DNA of 64,000 bases from Patescibacteria group bacterium (GCA_041670805.1 JBAXYM010000001.1:29612-93611); one strand, 5' to 3'; positions 47,008 to 57,330 are shown, counted from the first letter of the stretch. Notes: generated by a model not told the origin, from the sequence alone. Program-made: numbers and translations.

Positions 47008-47616
47008 ATGCAGCAGTTCATCCAAAACCTTATTGCGAACGGCAGTCTGAGGACACCGGAAATCATTCGTGCCTGGCACAAAATTGATCGTGCCGATTTT
47101 ATTCCGAATGACGTAAAAGAGCATGCCTATGAAAATGCGCCTCTTCCTATAGGTTTCGGACAGACTATTTCCCAACCGCAAGTTGTCGCTCTTATGCTGG
47201 AACTCTTGCAGCCCAAGCGGGGAGAGAAAATTTTGGACGTGGGATCGGGGTCGGGCTGGCAAAGCGCGCTGCTTGCCGAGATAGTGGGCGAAACGGGAGA
47301 GGTGACAGCCATCGAGAGGGTCCCGGAACTTTTTAATTTTGGAAAAAACAATCTGGCAAAATATCATTTTGGCAATGTCAAGGCGATCGCAGGCGACGGC
47401 ACTGCGCCGTTGCAACCGTTCAGTTATTACGATAAAATCATCGTAGCGGCGGCAGGAGACAGTGTGCCCGAAACGCTCAAGTCAGAACTGAAGGTCGGAG
47501 GAACCTTGGTAATGCCGGTCAAAAAAAGTATTTTCGTGTTCACAAAAATTGATGCCGAACATTTCTCAACGAAAGAGCTTCCGGGATTTATTTTCGTTCC
47601 GCTTATACGAGATTAA
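47008..47616 (+). CDS. pcm: protein-L-isoaspartate O-methyltransferase
   Basis: 'ISQPQVVALMLELL...ILDVGSGSGWQSALLA'. Confidence 0.85.
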   Translation: MQQFIQNLIANGSLRTPEIIRAWHKIDRADFIPNDVKEHAYENAPLPIGFGQTISQPQVVALMLELLQPKRGEKILDVGSGSGWQSALLAEIVGETGEVTAIERVPELFNFGKNNLAKYHFGNVKAIAGDGTAPLQPFSYYDKIIVAAAGDSVPETLKSELKVGGTLVMPVKKSIFVFTKIDAEHFSTKELPGFIFVPLIRD

Positions 47617-47631
47617 ATTTTAAAAAAATCT

Positions 47632-48663
47632 ATGAATAAGAAAATTCTGCTCGCCGGAAAAATTTTTGTTTGCTTGCTTGTCGCAATCGCGTTTTTCTTT
47701 TTCATCTCGGTCAGCCGCGGCATAAAACGACCCGCCAACGCGAGCGATACGAGAGTGATTGCATTTGAAGTTAAACAGGGACAAGGAGTGCGAGCAATCG
47801 CCAAGAATTTGGAAGAGGCGGGTCTTGTCAGCGAAAGTGACTATTTCAATTTTTATCTTTGGCGAACCGGACTTGGCGGCAAACTGAAAGCAGGGAGTTA
47901 TGAATTTTCGCCGTCGATGACCATTGCGCAAATAGTGGAGGTCCTTACCGGAGGAGAGAGCGGACTCAAATCCAACGAGGCACAAGTCGTAATTCCGGAA
48001 GGATCCTCCAACGAGCAGATTTTTGAAAAGCTCAAGACTGCCGGAGCGATTTCGGGAGAAGATGATTTTGCGGATATTCAACTTGATTTTTCCAAATATA
48101 CCTTTCTTGCGGACAGACCGGAAGGAGCCGACTTGCAAGGATTTCTTTTTCCCGATACTTATAATTTTTTCAAAAATTCCTCGTTGGAAAAAGTAACGAC
48201 GGAGATGCTTGATAACTTCGACAAGAAATTGACCCCGGAAATGCGCGACGAGATCAAGCGGCAAAACAAGAGCGTTTATGAAGTTATAATTTTGGCAAGC
48301 ATCATTGAAAAAGAGGCGGGCAACAAAGAAGAGATGCCGATTATCGCCAGCGTTTTTTACAATCGTCTCGGGATAGGTCAGCCGTTACAGTCGGACGCGA
48401 CCGTAAACTATATTACCGGCGCCGGACGCGCTATGCCCACCAACGAAGACCTGGAAGCCGATTCGCCTTACAATACCTATAAACATCCGGGCTTAACACC
48501 CGCGCCGATTTGTAACCCGGGCATTGAAGCGATTAAGGCCGCCATATATCCGGCGAAAACCGATTATTTCTATTTTCTTACCACGCAGGACGGAGAACAA
48601 AAAACTTATTTCAGCAAAACCTACGAGGAACATCTTGCAAACAAGGCGAAGTATCTAAAATAA
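47632..48663 (+). CDS. mltG: endolytic murein transglycosylase MltG (YceG-like)
   Basis: N-terminal TM; C-terminal 'DSPYNTYKHPGLTPAPICNPG...YFYF'. Confidence 0.8.
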   Translation: MNKKILLAGKIFVCLLVAIAFFFFISVSRGIKRPANASDTRVIAFEVKQGQGVRAIAKNLEEAGLVSESDYFNFYLWRTGLGGKLKAGSYEFSPSMTIAQIVEVLTGGESGLKSNEAQVVIPEGSSNEQIFEKLKTAGAISGEDDFADIQLDFSKYTFLADRPEGADLQGFLFPDTYNFFKNSSLEKVTTEMLDNFDKKLTPEMRDEIKRQNKSVYEVIILASIIEKEAGNKEEMPIIASVFYNRLGIGQPLQSDATVNYITGAGRAMPTNEDLEADSPYNTYKHPGLTPAPICNPGIEAIKAAIYPAKTDYFYFLTTQDGEQKTYFSKTYEEHLANKAKYLK

Positions 48664-48772
48664 TTGATCGAATTGTAGAAGGGCATAACGTTTTGCGTCT
48701 TTTTCCAAAAGAAAGAGACGCGATAAATCGGCGTCTCTACGGTAAACCTATCAATCTCTTTAATTCAAAACT

Positions 48773-49306
48773 ATGCCAAGCAAAAAAATCTTAATGATCA
48801 TAGCTCGCAAGGATTTTCGCGATGAAGAATATTTTTTACCGCTCGAGATTTTTCGCAGAAACAAGATAGAAGTTACGACCGCCAGCTCCAAAACGGGAAT
48901 GATTATCGGCGTGTTGGGTGGAGAGGCGAAAGCTACCCTCAATACCAAAGAAGCGAAAATGGAAAATTTTGATGCGGTGGTTTTTGTGGGCGGAGACGGA
49001 GCACAGGAGTATTTTGAGAATAAAGAGGCGCATCGCATCGCGCGCGAGTTTAGTGATGCGGGAAAAATCACGGCGGCGATTTGCATCGCGCCGGTCATTT
49101 TGGCGAAAGCGGGAGTTTTGGAAGACAAGACTGCCGCTATATGGTCAAGCGCAATGGATAAGACCGGACCCAAAGCTTTAGTCCAAAACAAGTGCGCGGT
49201 TTCAAAAAAGGCCGTTGAAAAGTCAGGGAACATTATTACCGCCAACGGACGAGAGGCTGCGGAAGAATTTGCAAGAGTGATTGTTGAGGAACTAAATAAA
49301 AGTTAA
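48773..49306 (+). CDS. DJ-1/PfpI family protein
   Basis: 'AAICIAPVILAKAGVL' nucleophile-elbow Cys. Confidence 0.8.
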   Translation: MPSKKILMIIARKDFRDEEYFLPLEIFRRNKIEVTTASSKTGMIIGVLGGEAKATLNTKEAKMENFDAVVFVGGDGAQEYFENKEAHRIAREFSDAGKITAAICIAPVILAKAGVLEDKTAAIWSSAMDKTGPKALVQNKCAVSKKAVEKSGNIITANGREAAEEFARVIVEELNKS

Positions 49307-49350
49307 TTTCGACCAAATCAGATAATAAAGACCAAGCAAGCAAATTTGTC

Positions 49351-49815
49351 GTTCTGGAATTAGTGCTGACCCACCTGCACTTCCTGACGCTTTTATCTAC
49401 CATTTTCTAAAAAGCTGCCCTGTATTTGGATCACGCCAGAGATGGTGTGAAATGCTGCACAAGAACGTTTTGTCCCGCGTGGTTCACACCATCTCTGGTG
49501 TGATCCAAAAACCCATAATGCAAAATACGCAGGATCGTTGTAACGACTACCTGCCGTATAATTGTGTATGACCATAAATAATGAAGTACAATGCTTGCCT
49601 TGCATAGTTACGGGATTCCGGATATTTCGGAGTACCGAAATTCCGGAATGACAAATAAAAATTGTTTTTACCTTTCAATTTGGCAAAAATAAGCGATTCA
49701 AAGTGCAAGAGGGGCAGGGTTAAGTATTATGAATCCAGAAATGGTGTGAATGCCGCGCAAAAACGTTTTATTCCGCGTGGTTCACACCATTTCCGGTGTG
49801 GTCCGAATACAAAGG
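49351..49815. repeat. about 465-bp composite repeat (C + B7 + linker + A6 + linker + B8), reverse orientation; left arm of the inverted pair flanking rplJ-rplL
   Basis: By-eye alignment to the reverse complement of 51085-51550 is collinear over the whole length at roughly 85-90% identity, including the non-palindromic linkers. Confidence 0.9.
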
Positions 49816-50035
49816 CGGATTTTCTTATCAATTGGGTCGGATTGCACACATTTGACAAATTTTATAGTTCGTGTAAAATGTATTTGTATTCAATAAATCC
49901 CTAGACAACAGGCAAAAAAGTAAGCCCTGTCGAGGATAAAAAGCTTGAAGTTTTTTATTTTATCGCGGTCTCAGGATTTTAGCGATTTTTTTGTGTTTTA
50001 ATGGAAAGAATCGATATAATTTTTAAATCAAATAA

Positions 50036-50557
50036 ATGATCACAAAGGAGAAGAAAAAAGCGATTCTCCAAGACCTGACCGACAGATTTTCCAAGTCAAA
50101 ATCTTTGGTGTTTCTGGGATTTCAAGGACTTACCGCAAAGGACAACTTGATGCTCCGACGCAAATTGCGCGCCGAAGGTGTCGACTATACGGTGGCCAAG
50201 AAAACCTTGATTAAAAAGGGAATGGAGAGCGTCAATATTCAAGGCACGGAAAACTTTGCACCGGAAGGAGCGATTGCCGTTGTCATCGGCTACGATGATG
50301 AGATTGCCCCGGCAAGGATTGCAAAAGAATTCGGAAAGACAAACGACAAAGTGCAGATTTTGGGAGGAGTTATGAATTCCGAAGTCGTGGGAGCCGAAGC
50401 AATGAATCAAATAGCTTTATTGCCGAGCAAAGACCAGCTCAGAGCCCAACTCGTTTATACCATCAACGCTCCGGTTTCAGGATTTGTCAATGTGCTTGCC
50501 GGCAATGTCCGCAGCCTGATGAATGTCTTGAATGCCATCGCAGAAGAGAAAAAATAA
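50036..50557 (+). CDS. rplJ: 50S ribosomal protein L10
   Basis: 'LVFLGFQGLTAKDNLMLRRKLRAEGVDYTVAKKTL'. Confidence 0.9.
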   Translation: MITKEKKKAILQDLTDRFSKSKSLVFLGFQGLTAKDNLMLRRKLRAEGVDYTVAKKTLIKKGMESVNIQGTENFAPEGAIAVVIGYDDEIAPARIAKEFGKTNDKVQILGGVMNSEVVGAEAMNQIALLPSKDQLRAQLVYTINAPVSGFVNVLAGNVRSLMNVLNAIAEEKK

Positions 50558-50615
50558 CGAAATTTTAAATAAGAATCCAAATCAATTAATTTAATCTTAA
50601 GAAAGGAAAATAATT

Positions 50616-51026
50616 ATGTCAGAAGAAACAAAAGAGGAAGTAGTAGTTCCTGAAAAATTCAAAGCATTGGTAAAGGAAATCGAAAACTTAAGCGTTCTCG
50701 AACTCTCCGAGCTTGTGAAAGTATTGGAAGATAAATTCGGTGTTTCCGCCGCCGCTCCCGCAATGATGATGGCTGCCCCTGCGGCTGCCGGTGCAGGCGC
50801 TGAAGCCGAAGAGAAGTCAAACTTTGATATCGAGTTGGTATCAGGCGGCGACAGCAAGATCGCTGTAATCAAAGTTGTCAAAGAGCTTACCGGTAAAGGA
50901 TTGAAAGAAGCCAAAGACCTCGTGGACGCAGCTCCTGCGGTTATCAAAGAAAACATACCGAAAGCTGAAGCCGAGGACATCAAGAAGCAGCTTATGGACG
51001 CCGGCGCTACTGTCAACTTGAAGTAA
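50616..51026 (+). CDS. rplL: 50S ribosomal protein L7/L12
   Basis: '[35 protein letters not shown]'. Confidence 0.95.
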   Translation: MSEETKEEVVVPEKFKALVKEIENLSVLELSELVKVLEDKFGVSAAAPAMMMAAPAAAGAGAEAEEKSNFDIELVSGGDSKIAVIKVVKELTGKGLKEAKDLVDAAPAVIKENIPKAEAEDIKKQLMDAGATVNLK

Positions 51027-51084
51027 TTTTCACTTCATATACAAAAACAGGGGACTTGAAAGAGTCTTCTGTTTTTTTGTCGCG

Positions 51085-51550
51085 TTGTATTCGGACCACA
51101 CCAGAAATGGTGTGAACCACGCAGGACAAAACGTTCTTGTGTAATATTTCACACCATTTCTGGTGTGATCCGTAATTCAAAATCCACTAATTCCCCGACT
51201 CACCTGCACTTTGAATCATTTATTTTAGCCAAATTAAAAAGGTAAAAACAATTTTTATTTGTCATTCCGGAATTTCGGTACTCCGAAATATCCGGAATCC
51301 CGTAACTATGCAAGACAAGTTTGTATTTCATTATTTATGGGTCACGCAATATATGGCAGGTAGCCGTTACAACGATCCGGTGTATTTTGCATTATGGGTT
51401 TTCGGATCACACCAGAGATGGTGTGAACCACGCGGGACAAAACGTTCTTGTGCAGCATTTCACACCATCTCTGGTGTGATCCAAATACAAGGCAGCTTTT
51501 TAGAAAGCAATAGATAAGCGTCAGAAAGTGCAGGTGGGTCAGCACTAAAA
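51085..51550. repeat. about 465-bp composite repeat (B9 + linker + A8 + linker + B10 + C), forward orientation; right arm of the inverted pair flanking rplJ-rplL
   Basis: See 49351-49815. Confidence 0.9.
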
Positions 51551-51750
51551 CTACTCGGTTGGGAGAAGTGCTTTGATCGTGTTGGGTTAGAATCATATAT
51601 TGCGTATGACCCTAACTTGCCATTTATTGTGAAATAAAAACTAAAAGGAGCAGGTGAATACCTGCTCCCACAACAACCTGCTTCCACACGCCCCCTCCCA
51701 CAACCTTCCCGCAAACCTTTCGCAGCCAAAAGCATTTTCTATCCGAACCT

Positions 51751-54261
51751 TTATTTTGTCAAATCAATCTTCACAATCTTGTTCTTCATTAGCACTGCCA
51801 TATTTTTTTCCTCCGCGTCGACGGAGATGTCTTTGATGTCGGAGAAGCCTTCGCCAGTGAGCTGTTTCACAAGAGCGCCGGTAGTTTTGTCAAAAAGAAC
51901 AATTCTGCTCTTGGAAGGCTCGACGACATACAGGTTTTTCTGATCGGTCAAGGTGTAAATCTTTGTCGGACTCGTAATGGCATCGCTCGGCTGTTTGATA
52001 GCAAACTTATTGCCATCCTTATCCGCATATTCCTCGCCGGTAAAATATTTCTTGATCTGTCCGTCGGAAGTAAGAATATAAACATATTGGTCGATAGCCA
52101 AAGAAACCGCATTTTTGATATCGCCGCTTTTCAGCCATTCGGTTTTGCCGTCCAATCCCTGGGCGGTCTTTTGATATTTATAGATCTGATTTTGGGCAGG
52201 AGACAGGAGATAAACATATCTGCCGTAAGTCGCAAAATCCGTAAAAACGTCATCCGCTTTCGTGCTCAATTTTTTAATCTGATTGTTCTTCAGATTGAAG
52301 CTAGAAAATTCCGATCCGTTGGAAAGTAAAATTTCTTGGCTTTGAAAATTCTTTGCGAACAACAAGCCGCCGATTGCTTCTTGCGCTTTTGCCGCCTGCG
52401 AAATTTCAGCCTTTGAAGCGTCAACTTTATACACGGCATTCTCGCTGTCATCAATCACATAATATGTCCCGTTTACCTCCACGAGATTTTTTATATTCTC
52501 ATTTTCAAAATTTGCCAAGACTTCCGGACCGGATACTTTCGCCACTTTATCGATTATATCTATCTGAGTCTGGGCGTTAGCGATAACTTCATCCGCTTGC
52601 GTATCCAGTGCGTCATATTCATTCTTCACCCGCAACGCCAAAGCGCGCGCTTCGAGATAAAGTTTGCCCGAGCTTTCCTCCGAGCCGGAAATGCTTTCCA
52701 CATCGGCCTGATTTATTTTCGTCTTGGACTCGTCAAGCAAAGATTGATACGCCGCCAGCTTGGCCGTGTTTTCTTTCTTTTCTTTTACCGATCCGTAATA
52801 ATAGCCGTCGCCCGCGAGCACCAAAAGCAGAACCACAATTATCGCTTTCTTCCCTAAAAAAGAAAACTTCTTGTTTGCACTCCTGACTTTATATTCTTTT
52901 TTGCCATTAAAAAATTTCTTCAGATTGCCGACCGGCGCCATTTCCGGTTTGCCGCTTTTGAGATTTTGAAGATAATTTTTTACATTGGAAGAAATCTTTT
53001 TGTGCACGCTTTCTTTCTTCTCGTCCAAATCTTCAAAAGTATTCGCCTCTTTTTTGGCGACCATCGCTTCAATACTCTTGTCCTTGTCGGTGTCAGTGTC
53101 CTGTTCCAAACTCCGGCTTTCCATTTTCTCGTATTCCTTGATAATGTCGCTCAAGCTTATCTTGCCCGTATCTTTTACTGCGGAAGCTTCAATTGTTTTC
53201 GCCGTAGTCGCCGCAGATCCCGCTTGCGCCAAAGATTTTCCACCTGCAACTTCCTCCGTCTTTTCTTTCACCGCGGACAATAAAGGCTCAGCCGCCGCCG
53301 TTTCGCTGCCCGTTTCTTCGGATTTCTTAACTTCGGCAGAGGATTCGGAAGGGGAAATCTCCTCAACATCAGGCTCTTCCTCCTGAAAGGCGAGTAGGGC
53401 TTTTTCCGCTTCAGCCGCCTCTTTGGCTTTTGTAACGACCGCCGCTTCCGCCGGTTTGCTTTCGTTTTCTTCAAGAGCTTCCGCCTCGTCTATTTCAACT
53501 CCTTCCACCAAAGCTTTTTCCAGAGATTTTTCCGCCGGTTCTTTCTCATTAAATTCCAGTTCAGAGTGAGATATAAGATTTTTCTTTTCGCCTTCTATCT
53601 CGATAAGCAGGGCGCTCACGGTTTCGCTGTCTTCTTCTTCGATTTCCTCCTGAAGCTTGGAAGCAAATTCGTCCAGCTTCATCGAGGAACCGAGCTGCCG
53701 CAATTTTTCCAGCGAGAAAATATTAAAAAGTCCGCTTGTCGCAAAAATCACCAGGTCGCCATCGGAAAGATCTCCGCTTGCAATATTATTAAAAACCCGC
53801 TTGGCGGAAACCGGCTTGCTGTCGTCCTCTTTGATGATTTCCATAATCTGCCCGCCGCGGATAAGCAGCGATTTGATTTTCCCGACCTGGCTCAGGTAGA
53901 ATTTATTTCCGTGATAAGTCCCGCAGACCATGCTGAGCCTGCCGACGTATTCTCCGTTGCCCTGATCGGCCAAATCCGCGAGAGTCTTGTTGGCCTCGGA
54001 AAGCCCCGCCTCCAAGCCCTCTTCCGCCGTCCGTTTCGTGTTGGCGTAAAATTCCTTTTTGATTTTTGACGCAAGGACATTCATTATATAAGAGCAATTT
54101 TTGGGCAAATCCTTCAAGTCCCCGACAATAAAAAGATTCCCCAGATTTTGCTCCTCGACATTTTCGGGCTCGTAAATGAAGACATCGCCAAAGGACTTTT
54201 CTTCGTCCTGAGAATAAACAATCTCCCTGATCTCAATTTTTTTATCGTTGCTTTTGCTCAT
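51751..54261 (-). CDS. single-pass membrane protein: N-terminal cytoplasmic degenerate PP2C/SpoIIE-like domain, long acidic/Ala-rich linker, TM, roughly 400-aa extracytoplasmic C-terminal domain
   Basis: 'SQVGKIKSLLIRGG..EIIKEDD' and 'GDLVIFATSGLFN' resemble PP2C motifs but lack the metal-binding Asp residues. TM 'AIIVVLLLVLAGDGYYYG'. Confidence 0.35.
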   Translation of the reverse strand: MSKSNDKKIEIREIVYSQDEEKSFGDVFIYEPENVEEQNLGNLFIVGDLKDLPKNCSYIMNVLASKIKKEFYANTKRTAEEGLEAGLSEANKTLADLADQGNGEYVGRLSMVCGTYHGNKFYLSQVGKIKSLLIRGGQIMEIIKEDDSKPVSAKRVFNNIASGDLSDGDLVIFATSGLFNIFSLEKLRQLGSSMKLDEFASKLQEEIEEEDSETVSALLIEIEGEKKNLISHSELEFNEKEPAEKSLEKALVEGVEIDEAEALEENESKPAEAAVVTKAKEAAEAEKALLAFQEEEPDVEEISPSESSAEVKKSEETGSETAAAEPLLSAVKEKTEEVAGGKSLAQAGSAATTAKTIEASAVKDTGKISLSDIIKEYEKMESRSLEQDTDTDKDKSIEAMVAKKEANTFEDLDEKKESVHKKISSNVKNYLQNLKSGKPEMAPVGNLKKFFNGKKEYKVRSANKKFSFLGKKAIIVVLLLVLAGDGYYYGSVKEKKENTAKLAAYQSLLDESKTKINQADVESISGSEESSGKLYLEARALALRVKNEYDALDTQADEVIANAQTQIDIIDKVAKVSGPEVLANFENENIKNLVEVNGTYYVIDDSENAVYKVDASKAEISQAAKAQEAIGGLLFAKNFQSQEILLSNGSEFSSFNLKNNQIKKLSTKADDVFTDFATYGRYVYLLSPAQNQIYKYQKTAQGLDGKTEWLKSGDIKNAVSLAIDQYVYILTSDGQIKKYFTGEEYADKDGNKFAIKQPSDAITSPTKIYTLTDQKNLYVVEPSKSRIVLFDKTTGALVKQLTGEGFSDIKDISVDAEEKNMAVLMKNKIVKIDLTK

Positions 54262-54481
54262 TTTTTTACGCTTAATTTTGTTTTATAGATTTGATGGTAT
54301 TATAATACTTTTTATGATTTTTATCAAAATTTATTGCGACGGGGCGAAAATACGCATTAAAGCCCGACTCAATTTTCCTTTTACGCGCAACTGCGAAGAA
54401 AAAGTTTTTAGCGGTCAAAAGTGACAACACCGAAAAAATAGCTTAAAATAATAACATCATAGCAGCTTAACCCCAAACCAT

Positions 54482-55471
54482 ATGGAAATAAAAAATCTGC
54501 CGGAAAACATCAAAGAAAACATTTCCCTGAAACCCTATTCCACTTTCAAGATAGGCGGCCTAGCAAAATATTTTTGCGCGGCGCGAAATGAAAAAGAAAC
54601 GGGAGAGGCGCTCGACTTCGCCATTGAAAATAAATTGCGCGTTTTCATCCTCGGCAGGGGAAGCAATCTGCTCATAGCCGACAAAGGCTTTGACGGGCTG
54701 GTACTGAAAATCGAAAACAGAGACACTGCGACCGAAGAAACGGAAGAGGGGATGACAGCGCGCTTGGGAGCGGGAAATCTTCTCACGAAACTTGCGCTGG
54801 ATTTTCAAAAAGACGGCATCGGCGGATTGCAATGGGCGGCGGGCATCCCGGCAACACTCGGCGGCGCAATTTGCAACAACGCCGGCGCGAACGGACACGA
54901 CATCGGCGAAACGATAAAGGCGGTAAGAGTTTTGGAAATGAAATTCTCTCCGGAAAAATATTTGGAAAACTACGCCCTGCGAAATATGGCGAAAGAGGAA
55001 TGCGGGTTTGCCTATCGAAAAAGTATTTTCAAAGACACGAAAAATTTCGCAATCCTGGGCGCGACCTTGCTCTTGCCAAAAGAGGATGGCGAGGAGCTTA
55101 AAAAAGAGATTGAGAAAAATCTGGAAAATCGAAGGCAAAAACAGCCTCTCGAATATCCCAATGTCGGCAGCATCTTCAAAAATCCCGTGTTAAGAGAAGA
55201 ACAAAAAAATAAACTTATGCAGAGGTGTCCGCAATTAGAGAATGCCTGCAAAAACAATACGGTGCCTGCCGGCTGGCTGATCGAGCAAGCCGAGCTCAAA
55301 GGCAAAAAGGTCGGGGGAGTGATGGTTTCGGAAAAACATGCGAATTTTATCGTCAACGTCGACGAGGGTCAAGCGGAGGACGTCGTAATTTTGATAAGTC
55401 TCATCAAACAAAAAATCCGCATAAAATTCGGAATTCAGTTGCATGAGGAGATAGAGTATGTGGGGTTTTGA
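54482..55471 (+). CDS. murB: UDP-N-acetylenolpyruvoylglucosamine reductase
   Basis: FAD-binding 'RVFILGRGSNLLIAD'; C-terminal 'VGSIFKNP'. Confidence 0.85.
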   Translation: MEIKNLPENIKENISLKPYSTFKIGGLAKYFCAARNEKETGEALDFAIENKLRVFILGRGSNLLIADKGFDGLVLKIENRDTATEETEEGMTARLGAGNLLTKLALDFQKDGIGGLQWAAGIPATLGGAICNNAGANGHDIGETIKAVRVLEMKFSPEKYLENYALRNMAKEECGFAYRKSIFKDTKNFAILGATLLLPKEDGEELKKEIEKNLENRRQKQPLEYPNVGSIFKNPVLREEQKNKLMQRCPQLENACKNNTVPAGWLIEQAELKGKKVGGVMVSEKHANFIVNVDEGQAEDVVILISLIKQKIRIKFGIQLHEEIEYVGF

Positions 55472-55549
55472 AGGCAGAGCTGCGGACAATAAAAAAACGC
55501 CTTTCCTTTTTTAGGATCGGCAATCGGCGTTCGGATTTGAAAAATTTTA

Positions 55550-55762
55550 TTAATTCTGCATATTCTTGGCAGCTTCAAATCTCGCTAATTCTTCTGTTCT
55601 TCTTTGTTCCCGTTCCTTCCTTTCTTTTTCACGAGGGATTGTTACTATTTGATGGATATAAGAGATTGTTTCTAGCACTTCTCCTTTAATTCCAAATCTT
55701 TGAGCCGTTTGTAATGTTTTGGCCAGAAATTCTTCACTTGAGATACCTAATTCTCGAGCCAT
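55550..55762 (-). CDS. small hypothetical protein (70 aa, basic C-terminal tail)
   Basis: Good SD (aggagg) 8 nt upstream of the ATG; sits just downstream of a consensus promoter. Confidence 0.45.
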   Translation of the reverse strand: MARELGISSEEFLAKTLQTAQRFGIKGEVLETISYIHQIVTIPREKERKEREQRRTEELARFEAAKNMQN

Positions 55763-55800
55763 ATATTTCTCAGCCTCCTGATTTTTTTGGTTGATAAGCC

Positions 55801-55856
55801 GATTATAATCTTAGCATCATTGTATGTCAATCTTAAGGTCAATCTTAAATCATTGA
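55801..55856 (-). promoter_or_regulatory. consensus promoter (TTGACA, 16 nt spacer, TTATAAT) overlapping a tandem 11-bp direct repeat/palindrome (ttaagattgac x2)
   Basis: The minus strand reads 'gtcaatgatttaagattgaccttaagattgacatacaatgatgctaagattataat'. Confidence 0.45.
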
Positions 55857-56021
55857 CTTCTTAAATAAAAAGAACTATAATGGAATGTTTTTTGATAAAC
55901 ATGTCTCACTAAGTCGCATAAGTTTGCAAACATTGTGAGTTTCTGTGACTTCATGAAGTAAAACATAAATAAAAAACATGAGTCAAATAAAAAAATACAA
56001 ATTAAAAGAGGTCGTATTGAA

Positions 56022-56954
56022 TTGAACAAAAAAGCTCTCAAGCGGGCGATAGAACAACTTGACAATTTCCTTAATCAAGGAAAAACAGCAGAAGTTATCC
56101 AAAAAGTTAATGCTATTTTGAAAGTTAATGCTATTTTGGAGGCTGAACATCTTTCTTTTGAAGAAGCAGAAGAGCTGCATGCTTTTAAGGGATGGGCGCT
56201 ATATAGACAAAAAAACTTTGAAGAAGCCAGAGAAGAAGCTCTCCGAGCCCAGAACACAGAAAGAGGTCTCAGGTGTCTTGCTGCAATTGAAAGTTATCTT
56301 GGCAATTTAGAAGAAGCGAAAAGCTATCTTGAAAAACTTCCAAACACTCCCGCGAAGGCTAATGCCAGAATGATTGGATTTCGGGAACCCACAGACCTTA
56401 CGCCAAAAGAAGAAGTTCTGGCGGTAGCATATGAATGGGTTAATGAAATCATTGATAAAACCAACACTGCCAATCTAATGAACAACACTGCCCGATGGCT
56501 TCTTGCTAAAAGTAAGGGGAAAGAGGACATGATGTTAGCGTTAGGTTTTATGCGAAGTGCAATTGAGCTTTATGGGGCAGGAACCACAAACCTGCATCAT
56601 AGAGCCAGTGCAAATTTCTGGGTTTCAAAAATAATGGAGGAGCTTTTCGGAGCGCAGGCAGCAGTAACTGCAGCAGAAGAGTCTCTAACTCTATGGGAGA
56701 TCCAACTTTCCCTTGATCCAGAAAATAAGAAGAACTTTGCCAACTCTCGAGAGGGAGCGGCAAACAGGCTCCGAGAGTTAAATCATGGTGGAATTAATAG
56801 AAATAATAATCTACACGAGGCAAGAATAATATATCACTTACCAGCAGATTCCACATTAACATGCGGGATAATGCCCCTCCCCGCCAATGCTGAAGAGATT
56901 AGCGCACGGACTAATGAGGTAGTAACGCCTGCAGATAACATCATGTGGGTATGA
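56022..56954 (+). CDS. hypothetical helical-repeat (TPR-like) protein, TTG start
   Basis: SD aagagg 12 nt upstream of TTG. Contains a 15-bp in-frame tandem duplication (KVNAIL x2). Confidence 0.4.
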   Translation: MNKKALKRAIEQLDNFLNQGKTAEVIQKVNAILKVNAILEAEHLSFEEAEELHAFKGWALYRQKNFEEAREEALRAQNTERGLRCLAAIESYLGNLEEAKSYLEKLPNTPAKANARMIGFREPTDLTPKEEVLAVAYEWVNEIIDKTNTANLMNNTARWLLAKSKGKEDMMLALGFMRSAIELYGAGTTNLHHRASANFWVSKIMEELFGAQAAVTAAEESLTLWEIQLSLDPENKKNFANSREGAANRLRELNHGGINRNNNLHEARIIYHLPADSTLTCGIMPLPANAEEISARTNEVVTPADNIMWV

Positions 56955-57042
56955 TAAAATTTAAAAATCAGAGCAACGATGTGACTTTATAAAAAGCACA
57001 AATGAGTTGCTTTTTCTTTTTGCCTGAAATATGCTAATATGT

Positions 57043-57300
57043 GGAGTAGCACGGCTTTAGCCTGCGCCACTATCCCAAGCCGCAAACATATTTCGCACAC
57101 ATCGCATTTTCCCGCATTGGACAGCGGCGCAGGCTAAAGCCATGCTACTCCGTGATATATAATTTTGGTGTATTTTGAATTATGGATCACATCAGAAATG
57201 GTGTGAACCACGCGGAATAAAACGTTCTTGCGCAATATTCCACACCATCTCTGGTGTGGTCCGAATGCAAAGACGGATTTCTGATTGATCTTTTCTTTAA
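57043..57300. repeat. composite repeat: family D (D3, internally inverted) + family B (B11)
   Basis: 'ggagtagcacggctttagcctgcgcc...ggcgcaggctaaagccatgctactcc' then the twin hairpin. Confidence 0.9.
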
Positions 57301-57330
57301 TAAACCCATAAAAACTCTGTAAATCTAATT

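Noticed and set aside
51050-51078. Possible terminator after rplL (T7 run at 51071-51077)
   Set aside because: The stem upstream of the T-run is weak and imperfect. The T-run also merges into the start of the right composite repeat, so the call is unreliable.
56086-56125. 15-bp perfect tandem duplication (aagttaatgctattttg x2) inside the 56022 ORF
   Set aside because: It is in frame (KVNAIL x2) and is probably a simple slippage duplication. It is noted but has no evident significance.
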